DNA from: an uncultured Gammaproteobacteria bacterium
GTDB taxonomy: Bacteria > Cyanobacteriota > Vampirovibrionia > LMEP-6097
Reading direction: 5' to 3'
Assembly (NCBI GenBank): GCA_964512985.1
Contig: CAZELI010000001.1
Span: 106,720 to 170,719 of the forward strand
Length of the DNA stretch: 64,000 nucleotides
Both the position numbers and the translations under genes were made by a program. Shown here one piece after another: positions 9,588 to 19,012 of this stretch (position 1 is its first letter; each line of letters starts with the position of its first letter). Below the pieces are notes generated by a model, which saw only the letters and a list, made by a program, of their open reading frames with translations, ran no database searches and was not told the origin of the DNA.

Positions 9588-10313
9588 TTAACACCAGAAA
9601 AGTTTAACTGCAACGATCATTAAAAATATAGCAATGATTACTCTGAATTGTTCTTGAGGTATTTTATCTACGATTTTTTTACCGAGGCTGACACCGATAA
9701 AAGAAAACAAAATACAAACGATGACAGTTGTGTAGCTCATTCCTAGTAAATTACCGACGCCTTGTTTTTCGTAGAAGTAAGTGAGTAAGCGCGATGTATC
9801 AATGATAGCTAAGAGTAAGGCCGAGTTTGCTAAGTATACTTCTTTCGGTAAATTAAACGCAGCGAGGAAGGCACTTCTAATAGCACCACCCATACCAAAG
9901 ATTCCAGCAATGAATCCAGAGAGAGCCCCACCAATAATTCCAGTACGTTTATTGAAGTTAATTTGAAACTGAGGATTCTTTAAAAGAAACACTGAGTAAG
10001 CTAAAAGAAAAACAGCAATTAACTTAGTAAGTATATTCTCATCGACAAGGAAAACAATCTTAGCTCCAATAATAGAAGTGACTATGCCACTCAGTCCAAA
10101 GGTGAGAACTAATTTGAGGTCAAATCCACTTCTAAAATAGAGTAAGCGCCATATGGCATTGAACCAGTGAATTATAGTAACGAATATAAGAGCATCGCTC
10201 AGTGGATGAAACATTAATATCACGGGGAGCATTAAGGTAGAAGTACCAAAGCCAGTGATAGTACCAGCCGTACTGGCAAAAGCAATCAAGATCAGAAGTC
10301 CAGTAAGTGACAT
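9588..10313 (-). CDS. TauE/SafE (TSUP) family anion exporter
   Basis: Two-repeat 4-TM architecture with Gly-rich motifs (GFGTSTLMLPV; GGALSGFIAGIFGMGG). Confidence 0.8.
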   Translation of the reverse strand: MSLTGLLILIAFASTAGTITGFGTSTLMLPVILMFHPLSDALIFVTIIHWFNAIWRLLYFRSGFDLKLVLTFGLSGIVTSIIGAKIVFLVDENILTKLIAVFLLAYSVFLLKNPQFQINFNKRTGIIGGALSGFIAGIFGMGGAIRSAFLAAFNLPKEVYLANSALLLAIIDTSRLLTYFYEKQGVGNLLGMSYTTVIVCILFSFIGVSLGKKIVDKIPQEQFRVIIAIFLMIVAVKLFWC

Positions 10314-10343
10314 GAAATAAATGATATCAGTTATTATATAGGT

Positions 10344-11714
10344 ATGTCTCTTAACTATAGATCTCTATTATTAGTTATTTCATTCACAGTCATATTGTTT
10401 GGTTTTAAACTTGGTTCTTATGCATTGATTGATATGGATGAACCACGTTATCCGCAAGCTGCTCGTGAAATGATTCATAGATCGGATTACATTATTCCTT
10501 ATTTTGCTGGTAAACCTCGCTATGATAAACCTATATTATTTTATTGGTCTGAAATTCTTTCTATAAAAACATTTGGTGATAATGAGTTATCGGCAAGATT
10601 ACCATCTGCTGTTTCAGCTTTGGCCCTTGTGATATTGACTTTCTTTTTAGGTTCTACAGTTGGTGTACCTACACTCAGTGCCATTGTCTTAGCGGGTTCA
10701 GTGGAGTTCTTTGTTATGGCAAGGCTATCTGTTACTGATATGTTATTGAATCTTTGTATCTCCTCTACTCTGATAATATTTTTCCTTAGCTATTCTCGTA
10801 AAATTAGTAGTAAGTTTTTATTGCTTTCTGCGATAACAGCGGCTCTAGGAGTGCTTTGTAAGGGTCCTGTGGCCTTGATTATTCCAGGGATAATAGGGGT
10901 CATTTATTTATTATCTAAGAAGGATTTGTTTGGGTATTTTCGACGAGAATGGAGTTTGCTGCCAGTTTGGATTTTGGTATTTTTAGTTTTAGTTTTACCT
11001 TGGTATATTGCTGTGCATTATGCTACTGCTGGAGAGTTTACTAAAGTATTTTTCTTGGAGCATAATTTAAATCGTTATACTAGTGTAGTTTCGGGTCATA
11101 ATGCAGCTTGGTGGTTTTATATTCCTACCTTTATTGTAGGGTTTATGCCTTGGACGCTATTTCTACCGAAGGCTCTTATAGATTGGTTTAAAGTTAGTAC
11201 TCAGGTATCTTATGAAAACGAACTGATTAAATTCTCGTTGATATGGTTTAGTACAGTTATAGTGTTTTATTCTTTTGCTGGTACTAAGCTCATAAATTAT
11301 ATATTGCCTTGTTATTTACCTTTAGCCATAATAGTTGCCATCTACATTCAATCCACCCTTAAGCCTAAAACTATTATCACCATTATTGTAATCTGGAGTA
11401 TAGCTTTATTGAGTAGTGTACCCTTTGTATTAATGCCACTTAGTGAACGCCTTAGCGGTGAGATTATTCGGTTCTCTGCTATGATTTCTCCTAAAGCTAA
11501 TCTTTATACAGTTAATATGGAGAGACCTAGTGTTACATACTATGGACATAAGCCAGCTCGTCGTATTAAATCCTCTAAACTTGTAACTAAACTCAGTACT
11601 GATGAAGAGCTATATTTTGTGATTAAGACAAACGATCTTAAGGAAATACAGGTAGCTAAGAATAACTACCAGATACTATTTCAAGACAAGAAATATAGTT
11701 TTGGGAAGAGTTAA
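10344..11714 (+). CDS. GT39 / ArnT-PMT-like membrane glycosyltransferase
   Basis: DEPRYPQAAREM ... KPRYDKPILFYW motifs and a polytopic membrane profile. Confidence 0.8.
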   Translation: MSLNYRSLLLVISFTVILFGFKLGSYALIDMDEPRYPQAAREMIHRSDYIIPYFAGKPRYDKPILFYWSEILSIKTFGDNELSARLPSAVSALALVILTFFLGSTVGVPTLSAIVLAGSVEFFVMARLSVTDMLLNLCISSTLIIFFLSYSRKISSKFLLLSAITAALGVLCKGPVALIIPGIIGVIYLLSKKDLFGYFRREWSLLPVWILVFLVLVLPWYIAVHYATAGEFTKVFFLEHNLNRYTSVVSGHNAAWWFYIPTFIVGFMPWTLFLPKALIDWFKVSTQVSYENELIKFSLIWFSTVIVFYSFAGTKLINYILPCYLPLAIIVAIYIQSTLKPKTIITIIVIWSIALLSSVPFVLMPLSERLSGEIIRFSAMISPKANLYTVNMERPSVTYYGHKPARRIKSSKLVTKLSTDEELYFVIKTNDLKEIQVAKNNYQILFQDKKYSFGKS

Positions 11715-12667
11715 ACTGCTGCTGCAATAAGCTCATTCATCTTAGCAACGTTAGTGCGTACTGATTCAGCAGATGCTTTTAGTGCTGTAAGTTCAGTATC
11801 ATTTAGTTTAAGTTCAAGTATCTCCTCTATACCATTAGAACCAAGTTTCGCTGGCACACCAACAAACACTCCTTTAATGCCATATTGTCCACTAAGTATG
11901 CATGAACTTGGAAGGATTTGTTTCTTGTCGTTTAATATTGCATCTATCATTTCTACTGCGGATGATGCAGGAGCATAGAATGCTGAGCCAGTGCCTAGTA
12001 AGTTTACTATCTCGATACCACCTTTCTGAGTGCGTTCAATGATAGATTGAATCTTATCAGCTGGAAGTAAATCAGGCAGAGGGATACCAGCTACTGTTGT
12101 GTATCTTGCTATTGGCACCATGTCATCCCCATGACCACCCATTACACAAGGCTGAATGTTTTTGATAGAGACATTTAAAGCTTCGGCAATAAAGAATGCC
12201 ATGCGAGAACTATCTAAGACCCCTGCCATTCCAATGATTTTGTTATTCGGTACACCTTTAGCACTGAGTATTTGGTGAGTAAGCTGAGTCATAGCATCTA
12301 CTGGATTAGAAACTATAATATAAATTGCATTTGGTGAGTGTTTGTAAGCCGCTTCTATACAAGCTTTCACGATCTGTGAGTTTTTCACAAGTAGGTCATC
12401 GCGACTCATACCAGGCTTACGTGCCAAACCTGCGGTCATTAATACTACATCAGAATCTGCACTTAATGCATAATCATCACTACCAAAAATTGTTCTATCG
12501 TGTGATTCAACAGGTCTTGCTTCCATTAGATCGAGAGCTTTACCAGCTGCAACACCACCCATCACATCTATCATCACTACATTAGCGATGTTCTTTTCTG
12601 CAAGTCTTTGTGCCGCTGTTGCACCTACGTTTCCTGCGCCTATAACTGTTACTTTGGGTTGTTTCAT
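11711..12667 (-). CDS. mdh: malate dehydrogenase (LDH-like family)
   Basis: KVTVIGAGNVGATAA Rossmann motif, the ...GGHGD active-site region, and a 318-aa length. Confidence 0.9.
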   Translation of the reverse strand: MKQPKVTVIGAGNVGATAAQRLAEKNIANVVMIDVMGGVAAGKALDLMEARPVESHDRTIFGSDDYALSADSDVVLMTAGLARKPGMSRDDLLVKNSQIVKACIEAAYKHSPNAIYIIVSNPVDAMTQLTHQILSAKGVPNNKIIGMAGVLDSSRMAFFIAEALNVSIKNIQPCVMGGHGDDMVPIARYTTVAGIPLPDLLPADKIQSIIERTQKGGIEIVNLLGTGSAFYAPASSAVEMIDAILNDKKQILPSSCILSGQYGIKGVFVGVPAKLGSNGIEEILELKLNDTELTALKASAESVRTNVAKMNELIAAAV

Positions 12668-12735
12668 ACTTATAGTTTATACCCAGATCTATAAATTATT
12701 AATATGTATGACACCCGAAGGGCGTTATACATATT

Positions 12736-14316
12736 ATGGAGGATAGAACTGTACTTAAGTTATACTATCTTACTAATATGAATCAGCAAGTAAAAACGCA
12801 ACTAGACCTAAGTAAGGCACATTTAAATCTTAAAACTGCTCAACTATATGAATATGCTTTAAGCAGAGGAGAGGCTAAGCTATCAGATAAAGGAGCTTTA
12901 GTAACCAGTACTGGCGAGCATACAGGCAGAGCTGCTAGTGATAAGTTTATTGTTGAAGATGCTTTGACGAAGAGTAAAGTGGGTTGGGGTGATATTAATA
13001 GACCTATTTCTGAAGCTGCTTTCTTGAGGTTGCGAGAGCAAGTTATCCAGCATCTAGGCTCTCAGATCTTGTTTGTGCAGGATTGCATCGCTGGCGCTGA
13101 TCCTAAGAACTGTGTCTACGTTAGAGTCGTTACAGAGACTGCGTTTCATAGCCTATTCATCCGTAATATGCTTTCTGTGGTGAATACTAATTCTGCACGC
13201 CTTAGTTATGGTGATGAAATAATTGAGAATTATAGTCCAGAATATACTGTCTATCACGCGCCTTGTCTGAAAGCTAATCCAGCAGAAGAGAAAGAGCTTC
13301 ATTCTGATACTTTTATCATTGTGAATTATAGTACTAAAGAAGTGATTATTGCTGGGACTGCTTATGCTGGTGAGATTAAGAAGTCTGTCTTCTCGATACT
13401 GAATTTTATTTATCCGCAACGTGGAATTATGCCGATGCATAGCTCTGCTAATACTAATGCTCAAGGTGATGTGTCGATATTCTTTGGATTGTCTGGAACT
13501 GGTAAGACCACTCTATCAGCTGATCCAGAGCGTTTACTTATTGGTGATGATGAACATGGTTGGTCTGATGAAGGTGTGTTTAATTTTGAGGATGGTTGCT
13601 ACGCTAAGTCTATTGGGCTTACGGCTAAGACTGAACCTGAGATCTATAATGCTTCGCGTCGTTTTGGGACTACAGTAGAGAATGTGGTAATGAATGACAA
13701 TAGAGAACTAGATTACTTTGATAAATCTATTACTGAGAATGGACGTATCTCATATCCACTATATTTCATTCCTAATTCTAAGTTCGATCGTTTTGTGCGT
13801 AAGAATCCGAAGAATATAATTATGCTTACTTGTGATGCCTTTGGAGTCTTGCCTGCTGTGGCTAAACTTACTCCAGAAGAGGCTTCTGAACAATTCCAGC
13901 TTGGTTATACTGCGCGTATTCCTGGTACTGAGATGGGGGTAGTGGAACCTAAAGCTGTCTTTAGTCCATGCTTTGGTGCACCGTTTATGCCATTACCGCC
14001 TAAAGTATATGGTGATTTACTTAAAGAGAAAATTTCTCATGCGAAGGTTAATTGTTGGTTAGTGAATACGGGATGGGCTGGTGGTAGTTACGGGCAAGGT
14101 AAGCGTATGAGCATAGATCTCACTCGCTCTATTATTCATGGCATTAACTCTGGTACTCTTGCTAAAGAAGAATGCGTGAAACATTCTATATTAGGATTAC
14201 AAATACCTAAATCTATAGAGCTTCCTGAGGTCTCCTGGAAAGACCAAGCTGAATATGAGAAAACTGCTAAGAAGCTTTTGGATTTGTTTGCGGAGCAGAG
14301 ATTGAAAATGGACTAA
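12736..14316 (+). CDS. pckA: phosphoenolpyruvate carboxykinase (ATP)
   Basis: FFGLSGTGKTTLS P-loop and GDDEHGW motif. The real start is probably the ATG near 12778. Confidence 0.92.
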   Translation: MEDRTVLKLYYLTNMNQQVKTQLDLSKAHLNLKTAQLYEYALSRGEAKLSDKGALVTSTGEHTGRAASDKFIVEDALTKSKVGWGDINRPISEAAFLRLREQVIQHLGSQILFVQDCIAGADPKNCVYVRVVTETAFHSLFIRNMLSVVNTNSARLSYGDEIIENYSPEYTVYHAPCLKANPAEEKELHSDTFIIVNYSTKEVIIAGTAYAGEIKKSVFSILNFIYPQRGIMPMHSSANTNAQGDVSIFFGLSGTGKTTLSADPERLLIGDDEHGWSDEGVFNFEDGCYAKSIGLTAKTEPEIYNASRRFGTTVENVVMNDNRELDYFDKSITENGRISYPLYFIPNSKFDRFVRKNPKNIIMLTCDAFGVLPAVAKLTPEEASEQFQLGYTARIPGTEMGVVEPKAVFSPCFGAPFMPLPPKVYGDLLKEKISHAKVNCWLVNTGWAGGSYGQGKRMSIDLTRSIIHGINSGTLAKEECVKHSILGLQIPKSIELPEVSWKDQAEYEKTAKKLLDLFAEQRLKMD

Positions 14317-14340
14317 GAAGATCTAATTCGATCTATTTAC

Positions 14341-14676
14341 TTACTGTATGCGTAATAGGGATTTAATATTTTGAATGACTTCTGAATATTTTTCTGGCGA
14401 TATAGATCCAATGCTTTGTCTAATAATCTTTCTGCTTGCAGTAAACAACTTATTTGGTCTTATTCTACTTTCAAACTTTAAAGTGCCAGTTCTCAAATCA
14501 GCCACTCTAAGATTAATACTATATTGATCAGATTTGAATTGAGAAGTGATTTGACACAAAATTACATCATCTCCGCCCAAAGCCCGAAGAACCAAAGCAG
14601 GCCTTATTTTAGTTGCAGTTAGGTCTGAAAATGGAAAAGGAATAGTGACTAGGTCTCCTTCTGTAAATACTGCCAA
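14341..14676 (-). CDS. MazF/PemK-family toxin (mRNA interferase)
   Basis: GDLVTIPFPFSD...IRPALVL pattern and a 111-aa length. Confidence 0.85.
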   Translation of the reverse strand: MAVFTEGDLVTIPFPFSDLTATKIRPALVLRALGGDDVILCQITSQFKSDQYSINLRVADLRTGTLKFESRIRPNKLFTASRKIIRQSIGSISPEKYSEVIQNIKSLLRIQ

Positions 14677-14909
14677 GCTAGTTCCTCCTCTTCGCTGAGC
14701 CAGTCCTCTTTCAAGGATGATTCAGCCATGCATAATAATTCATAGTCCGAGTTATTGACCATATGGTCTGCTTTATAAAACTGAAAATAATGTGTTTGCT
14801 CTATTGAAAACTTTAAATTAGCATATGAATCTTCAATGAAATCATCGAAATTATTTATCAGACTGTTAGTTCCATAGCTAGTTTTAGAAGTTGGGATTGT
14901 ATATGCCAT
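14649..14909 (-). CDS. putative cognate antitoxin (86 aa)
   Basis: It overlaps the MazF start by 28 nt and has an acidic C-terminus (EDWLSEEEELAWQYL) typical of antitoxin tails. There is no clear AbrB/RHH signature. Confidence 0.45.
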   Translation of the reverse strand: MAYTIPTSKTSYGTNSLINNFDDFIEDSYANLKFSIEQTHYFQFYKADHMVNNSDYELLCMAESSLKEDWLSEEEELAWQYLQKET

Positions 14910-14912
14910 AAG

Positions 14913-15647
14913 TTAATTAGGTTTATATATAGGGTTAAGTGTTTTCAGAAAATCTGGTTCTATTAAATCATAGAATACTTTTTTCACAGCAATGTGTGAT
15001 GATTCTATAGTAGAGAGGAGATTGTTAATACTGTTGATCTCTTCTTCAGTTGATACTAAATCAATATCGATAGCTGATCCTGAAAAAGCATCATATTGAG
15101 AGTTGTTAGAAAACTTGACTATGTGTTTTAAATTATTGTCTATATATTCATTCTGTATAAATATGATACCTTCCACTTCTTTCTCATTGTTTTTCAGTTC
15201 CAGTTTAGTACATTTAGAGAGTTGATTTTGATCTTTAAAAAAATTTACGTATCTAACCCCAACTCTCAAAACTTTTTTAATATACCCATCATCAATATTA
15301 AAAGCTGCTGATAGTATTTTTTCTACAAATGGAAAGAATAAACTCCATCCCTGATATGGTTTTTGATTAATGATAGAAATTGAGTTGCTACCCGTTTGAA
15401 CTACCAGATTATTACTATTAAATTTAAAGAGAGGGCTAAATTTCAAGTTTATTTCTTGAGATCTAATCAGTTCAGGTATTTGCCTTATTGGTAATTCAAG
15501 CGAAGTGAAATTTTTACCTAATTCTTTCTGTATCTTTGAATAGATATCTATGTCTTTAACATCAGTATCAAAACGTACTTCTACTATTGCTTCAATAATT
15601 GGACAAAGCTCTAATTTTTCTGGATAATTAATCAAATTTTGGTTCAT
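14913..15647 (-). CDS. hypothetical protein (244 aa), first gene of the MazF operon
   Basis: It is separated by 3 nt from the downstream antitoxin-like ORF. No recognised motif. Confidence 0.5.
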   Translation of the reverse strand: MNQNLINYPEKLELCPIIEAIVEVRFDTDVKDIDIYSKIQKELGKNFTSLELPIRQIPELIRSQEINLKFSPLFKFNSNNLVVQTGSNSISIINQKPYQGWSLFFPFVEKILSAAFNIDDGYIKKVLRVGVRYVNFFKDQNQLSKCTKLELKNNEKEVEGIIFIQNEYIDNNLKHIVKFSNNSQYDAFSGSAIDIDLVSTEEEINSINNLLSTIESSHIAVKKVFYDLIEPDFLKTLNPIYKPN

Positions 15648-15716
15648 TTACCTAATGATATTATACGTAGATTTATCATATTAGTAACCAGTATTTCATG
15701 TAACTGAGTCACTTCT

Positions 15717-16208
15717 TTATGTCTTGATAAGACATAAAGCTATTTTACGATAAAAATATAGAGAAATGGTGGAGACTTGAATACATAAGCCAATTATTCC
15801 GCTGTAGATGCATAGTTTATGAAGTAATGGTATTCCAATTATTCCTAATAAAGGATTTGATTCAGCTATAGGATAAAACGGTCTGATGTCCTGGTGCATA
15901 ATACTATCCAAAAATATATGACTATACGCACCAAAGATGCTTGCAGAAATGATAGCAGTCCAAGTGGTAGTCTTCTTCAATAGTTTAAAAGTAATTTTGG
16001 TTAGGAAAATAGTGAGAAAAATAACCAATGTTGCTCCGAGGTAAGTATGAAGAAACCTATGTACAGGCCAGTCTTCTTGTAATAAGTAATAAAGAGATTC
16101 TATATCAATAATTAATTGAGAAATCGCAAATGAAATAATAGAAAACCGTTTGCCAAATATTGATTTAGCGACTAAGGCAGGACCAAAATGATATGGTGTA
16201 AAAGGCAT
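15717..16208 (-). CDS. polytopic membrane protein, paralog A
   Basis: 4-5 TM segments. Motifs HFGPALVAKSIF...ISQLIIDIE and DIRPFYPIAESNPLLGII are shared with the ORF at 18492-19004. Confidence 0.5.
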   Translation of the reverse strand: MPFTPYHFGPALVAKSIFGKRFSIISFAISQLIIDIESLYYLLQEDWPVHRFLHTYLGATLVIFLTIFLTKITFKLLKKTTTWTAIISASIFGAYSHIFLDSIMHQDIRPFYPIAESNPLLGIIGIPLLHKLCIYSGIIGLCIQVSTISLYFYRKIALCLIKT

Positions 16209-16354
16209 ATAATATCTAGGTTATTAATAAGTTCTAAAGATTATAGCAATCCGTTCTGATCAAAAAATGAATGGCATGGGCTCTAGGTGTATAGCTAGAT
16301 TTTAGGTAAAAATATCACAAATAACCGTAATTCCAGCAAATTAATTATGCGTTT

Positions 16355-16387
16355 GAATTCATATTTTCATGAATTCAGGGGTATAAT
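16355..16387 (+). promoter_or_regulatory. perfect inverted repeat GAATTCAT-N5-ATGAATTC abutting a TATAAT -10 box, upstream of AbiEii
   Basis: The inverted repeat is at 16355-16375 and the tataat at 16382-16387, 7 nt before the start codon. Confidence 0.4.
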
Positions 16388-16393
16388 TAAATT

Positions 16394-17161
16394 ATGCTGT
16401 CTGACTTGGAATTAAGAGAAATTTTTCATTTTTGCTTTCTGGAGCAATTATTAAAGATTTCTGATCCTAATATTTATATTCTTAAAGGTGGGGTTAATTT
16501 ACGCTTTTACTATAAGAGTCCTCGTTACTCAGAAGATATGGATATAGATGTACTGGCTGGTAGTGTAGCAACTCTCAAAAAAAACGGTTATAAAATTCTT
16601 AATGATGATACTTTCATTAGAAAATTAAAAACTTATGGTATCCAAAATATATTAATCAATGATCCAGCGAAAGCTAAGCAAACAGAAACCACTCAAAGAT
16701 TCCGTTTTAGGATAGTTAATCAGGCTGGTGATGAACTAGCAACGAAGATAGAGTTTTCTAGAAGAAAGAAAGATCTTAAACTTTACTTGCATTCACTTGA
16801 AAGGATAGATACTGAAATAGGTAGACGATACAATAGGCTCTCTTATTTAGCTCAGCATTATGATGCAAGCACCGCTCTTACCCAAAAGATCGAAGCACTT
16901 GCAGGAAGAAAAGAAGTTCAAGCACGTGATGCTTTTGATATTTTCATATTGGATATTGGCGGGCATACTAAAAACTTCAAATCAAAGCTAATCTCTAAGG
17001 AGACTTTAGCTAAAGCAGAAGAAGCCTTGCTTTCAATTAACTATAAAGATTATGAAGGCAAGGTTCTAGAATTTCTTGCTAAGGAAGATAGAGAGAACTT
17101 TTCTGGAGAGGAGATTTGGATAGAAATACAAGAGAGGGTGATGAATCTTATAAGCAAATGA
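16394..17161 (+). CDS. AbiEii/DUF1814-type nucleotidyltransferase toxin
   Basis: NTase motif LKGGVNLRFYYKSPRYSEDMDIDV and C-terminal RDAFDIFIL. Confidence 0.7.
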   Translation: MLSDLELREIFHFCFLEQLLKISDPNIYILKGGVNLRFYYKSPRYSEDMDIDVLAGSVATLKKNGYKILNDDTFIRKLKTYGIQNILINDPAKAKQTETTQRFRFRIVNQAGDELATKIEFSRRKKDLKLYLHSLERIDTEIGRRYNRLSYLAQHYDASTALTQKIEALAGRKEVQARDAFDIFILDIGGHTKNFKSKLISKETLAKAEEALLSINYKDYEGKVLEFLAKEDRENFSGEEIWIEIQERVMNLISK

Positions 17162-17772
17162 AGGTTAACATACTAAACTCAGAAGATTTCATTTTTTTTA
17201 GAACCAGAGATTATGCTCTGCTTAATGGTTTGAGTATTTCTGCTGCAACTGAGCAACTTAAAAGGCTAGAAAGTAAAACATTGCTGATTAAATTAACTAG
17301 AGGGATTTGGGCTAATATTAATCATCCTTATTTTAGTCCGATTGCAGCAATTCCATATTTATTAAATAACGACCAGGGTTACGTTTCGTTTCTAACAGCA
17401 CTTAATCGTCATGGAATTATTTCTCAAATCCCTCAGAGTATTCAAGTCGCTAGTACAGGAAGACCAAGAAAACTGAAAACTCTAATTGCAGATTATGAGT
17501 TTATACAACTCAATCCCAGTCTGTTTCTGGATGGAATTGATTGGTCACCTTCTAATTCTAAAACCAGTTACTTAATAGCAAGTGCAGAGAAAGCTTTACT
17601 TGACACCCTTTATCTATCAACTCGTAAGGGTAATAGATTCTCCTCTCTACCAGAATTAGATTTAAGTCAAAATTTTAATAAGAAAAAATTCAAGGCATTA
17701 CTTAATAAGTGTGTAACTGATAAACGTATTAAAAGTGCTATTTTATCGAAGTTTGAGAAATTGATAAATTAA
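17158..17772 (+). CDS. AbiEi-type antitoxin/transcriptional regulator
   Basis: Its ATG overlaps the AbiEii TGA stop (ATGA). N-terminal wHTH FIFFRTRDYALLNGLSISAATEQLKRL...LTRGIW and C-terminal AEKALLDTLYL. Confidence 0.7.
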   Translation: MKVNILNSEDFIFFRTRDYALLNGLSISAATEQLKRLESKTLLIKLTRGIWANINHPYFSPIAAIPYLLNNDQGYVSFLTALNRHGIISQIPQSIQVASTGRPRKLKTLIADYEFIQLNPSLFLDGIDWSPSNSKTSYLIASAEKALLDTLYLSTRKGNRFSSLPELDLSQNFNKKKFKALLNKCVTDKRIKSAILSKFEKLIN

Positions 17773-17841
17773 AGAAATTTTACCTAATTAATTATACCTG
17801 GGTGTGAATTGGTCATTCTCTGAATGTTACAATGAACTTCT

Positions 17842-18495
17842 ATGCCAAATCCAACCTGGGACATATTCGGACTATGGGGTGCTAGACAAGAAGCTGAAAA
17901 TGAAGCTTACCAATATTTTAATGACAACATTAGACCATTACCCAAAAAAGCAGATGGAACTTGGGATATTGATAGCGGGGCATTCTCTAACAATGATGTT
18001 GATGCTTTTCGTCATGCTTACGTAAGTGGGGTTTGTACTCAAAAATACTATGAAATTTCAGCTAATCTCTTAGGACAATTTAATGAACTGCTGGGTGATT
18101 TAATTCACAAACAACCACCAGAACAAAAAAATATGGATTTATGGAATAACCAGGTTGGACGTTCATATGGTAATTCTACAAATTCAAGAAATGATTTAGC
18201 AGATGCATTAAAAAAAGAACTTAAGAGTGGTGGTTTAATTACTACAACTAATCAAGATGATGATTCAAGAGCTTATAAAGCTTATTTAGTGAAGCCAGTT
18301 AAGGTTATTGAAGAAAGTGAAACAGGAAGAAATATAAGATTTTTAGATTTGAGTACAAACTTTACAATGTCTCGGGAAGAATTTGTCAGTAAAATTAACT
18401 CAGGAGAATATCCTGGCTATGCTGTTGTGCTCATTAATGATATTGAAACACCAATTTCCAAGTCAGACGGAACATTAGGGAATAATCTCGGATGA
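17842..18495 (+). CDS. hypothetical protein: novel N-domain (NDVDAFRHAYVSGV) plus C-terminal DUF3892-like domain
   Basis: The C-terminus MSREEFVSKINSGEYPGYAVVLINDIETPISKSDGTLGNNLG fits the DUF3892 pattern (recalled from memory). The stop overlaps the next start (ATGA). Confidence 0.5.
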   Translation: MPNPTWDIFGLWGARQEAENEAYQYFNDNIRPLPKKADGTWDIDSGAFSNNDVDAFRHAYVSGVCTQKYYEISANLLGQFNELLGDLIHKQPPEQKNMDLWNNQVGRSYGNSTNSRNDLADALKKELKSGGLITTTNQDDDSRAYKAYLVKPVKVIEESETGRNIRFLDLSTNFTMSREEFVSKINSGEYPGYAVVLINDIETPISKSDGTLGNNLG

Positions 18496-19004
18496 TTATA
18501 GAGGCTATAATTCTTTTTATACATGGTTTATTAATTTACTTTGCTCCAGCATTGTTGTTCAAAGCAATACTTACTAAGCATTTTTCGTTTAGCTCATACT
18601 GTATTGCTCAACTAATAATCTTTTCGGAAAGAGCTTATTTGATTGGAGCATATGAAGTTGGTGGACCACCAAGTTTATTTAGTAAACTTCCAGGTGCATT
18701 GATATATTTAATTCTTACTCTTCTTGCTACCAAGTTAATTGTTAGTATATTAAAGTTCACAAGTTCTTGGTTCTCTATTTTACTTGGTAGCACTTTAGGC
18801 ACTCTCGGTGTCTTTTTAATTACTTGTTTCTATGATAGAAGTATGAGTCCACTATATCCTATATCAAACATAAACCCTTTATTTGGAACTATTCCAGAAT
18901 CTTTGATTGGTGAATTTCTAACTTGGTGCCTAATAATCAGTCTATGTATTTTTGCTTTTAGATTGTTACAAAATAGAGTGGTATTAAAATCAGCTAAATC
19001 TTAG
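18492..19004 (+). CDS. polytopic membrane protein, paralog B
   Basis: Full-length similarity to 15717-16208 (YFAPALLFKAIL...IAQLIIFSE; MSPLYPISNINPLFGTI). Confidence 0.5.
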   Translation: MIIEAIILFIHGLLIYFAPALLFKAILTKHFSFSSYCIAQLIIFSERAYLIGAYEVGGPPSLFSKLPGALIYLILTLLATKLIVSILKFTSSWFSILLGSTLGTLGVFLITCFYDRSMSPLYPISNINPLFGTIPESLIGEFLTWCLIISLCIFAFRLLQNRVVLKSAKS

Positions 19005-19012
19005 AATTAAAT

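Noticed and set aside
2433-13678. Antisense or alternate-frame ORFs 2433-2657, 5017-5217, 6869-7081, 7391-7672, 9781-9966, 11754-11978, 12325-12585, 13153-13464 and 13421-13678
   Set aside because: Each is embedded in a confidently identified gene (HDOD, lysC, nuoH, TauE, mdh, pckA). None has independent support.
14913-16208. Named family assignments: TIGR04255 for the 244-aa protein, and DUF4184 or YdjM for the membrane paralogs
   Set aside because: These rest only on my recollection of N-terminal patterns. I cannot verify them without a profile search, so they were left as hypothetical.
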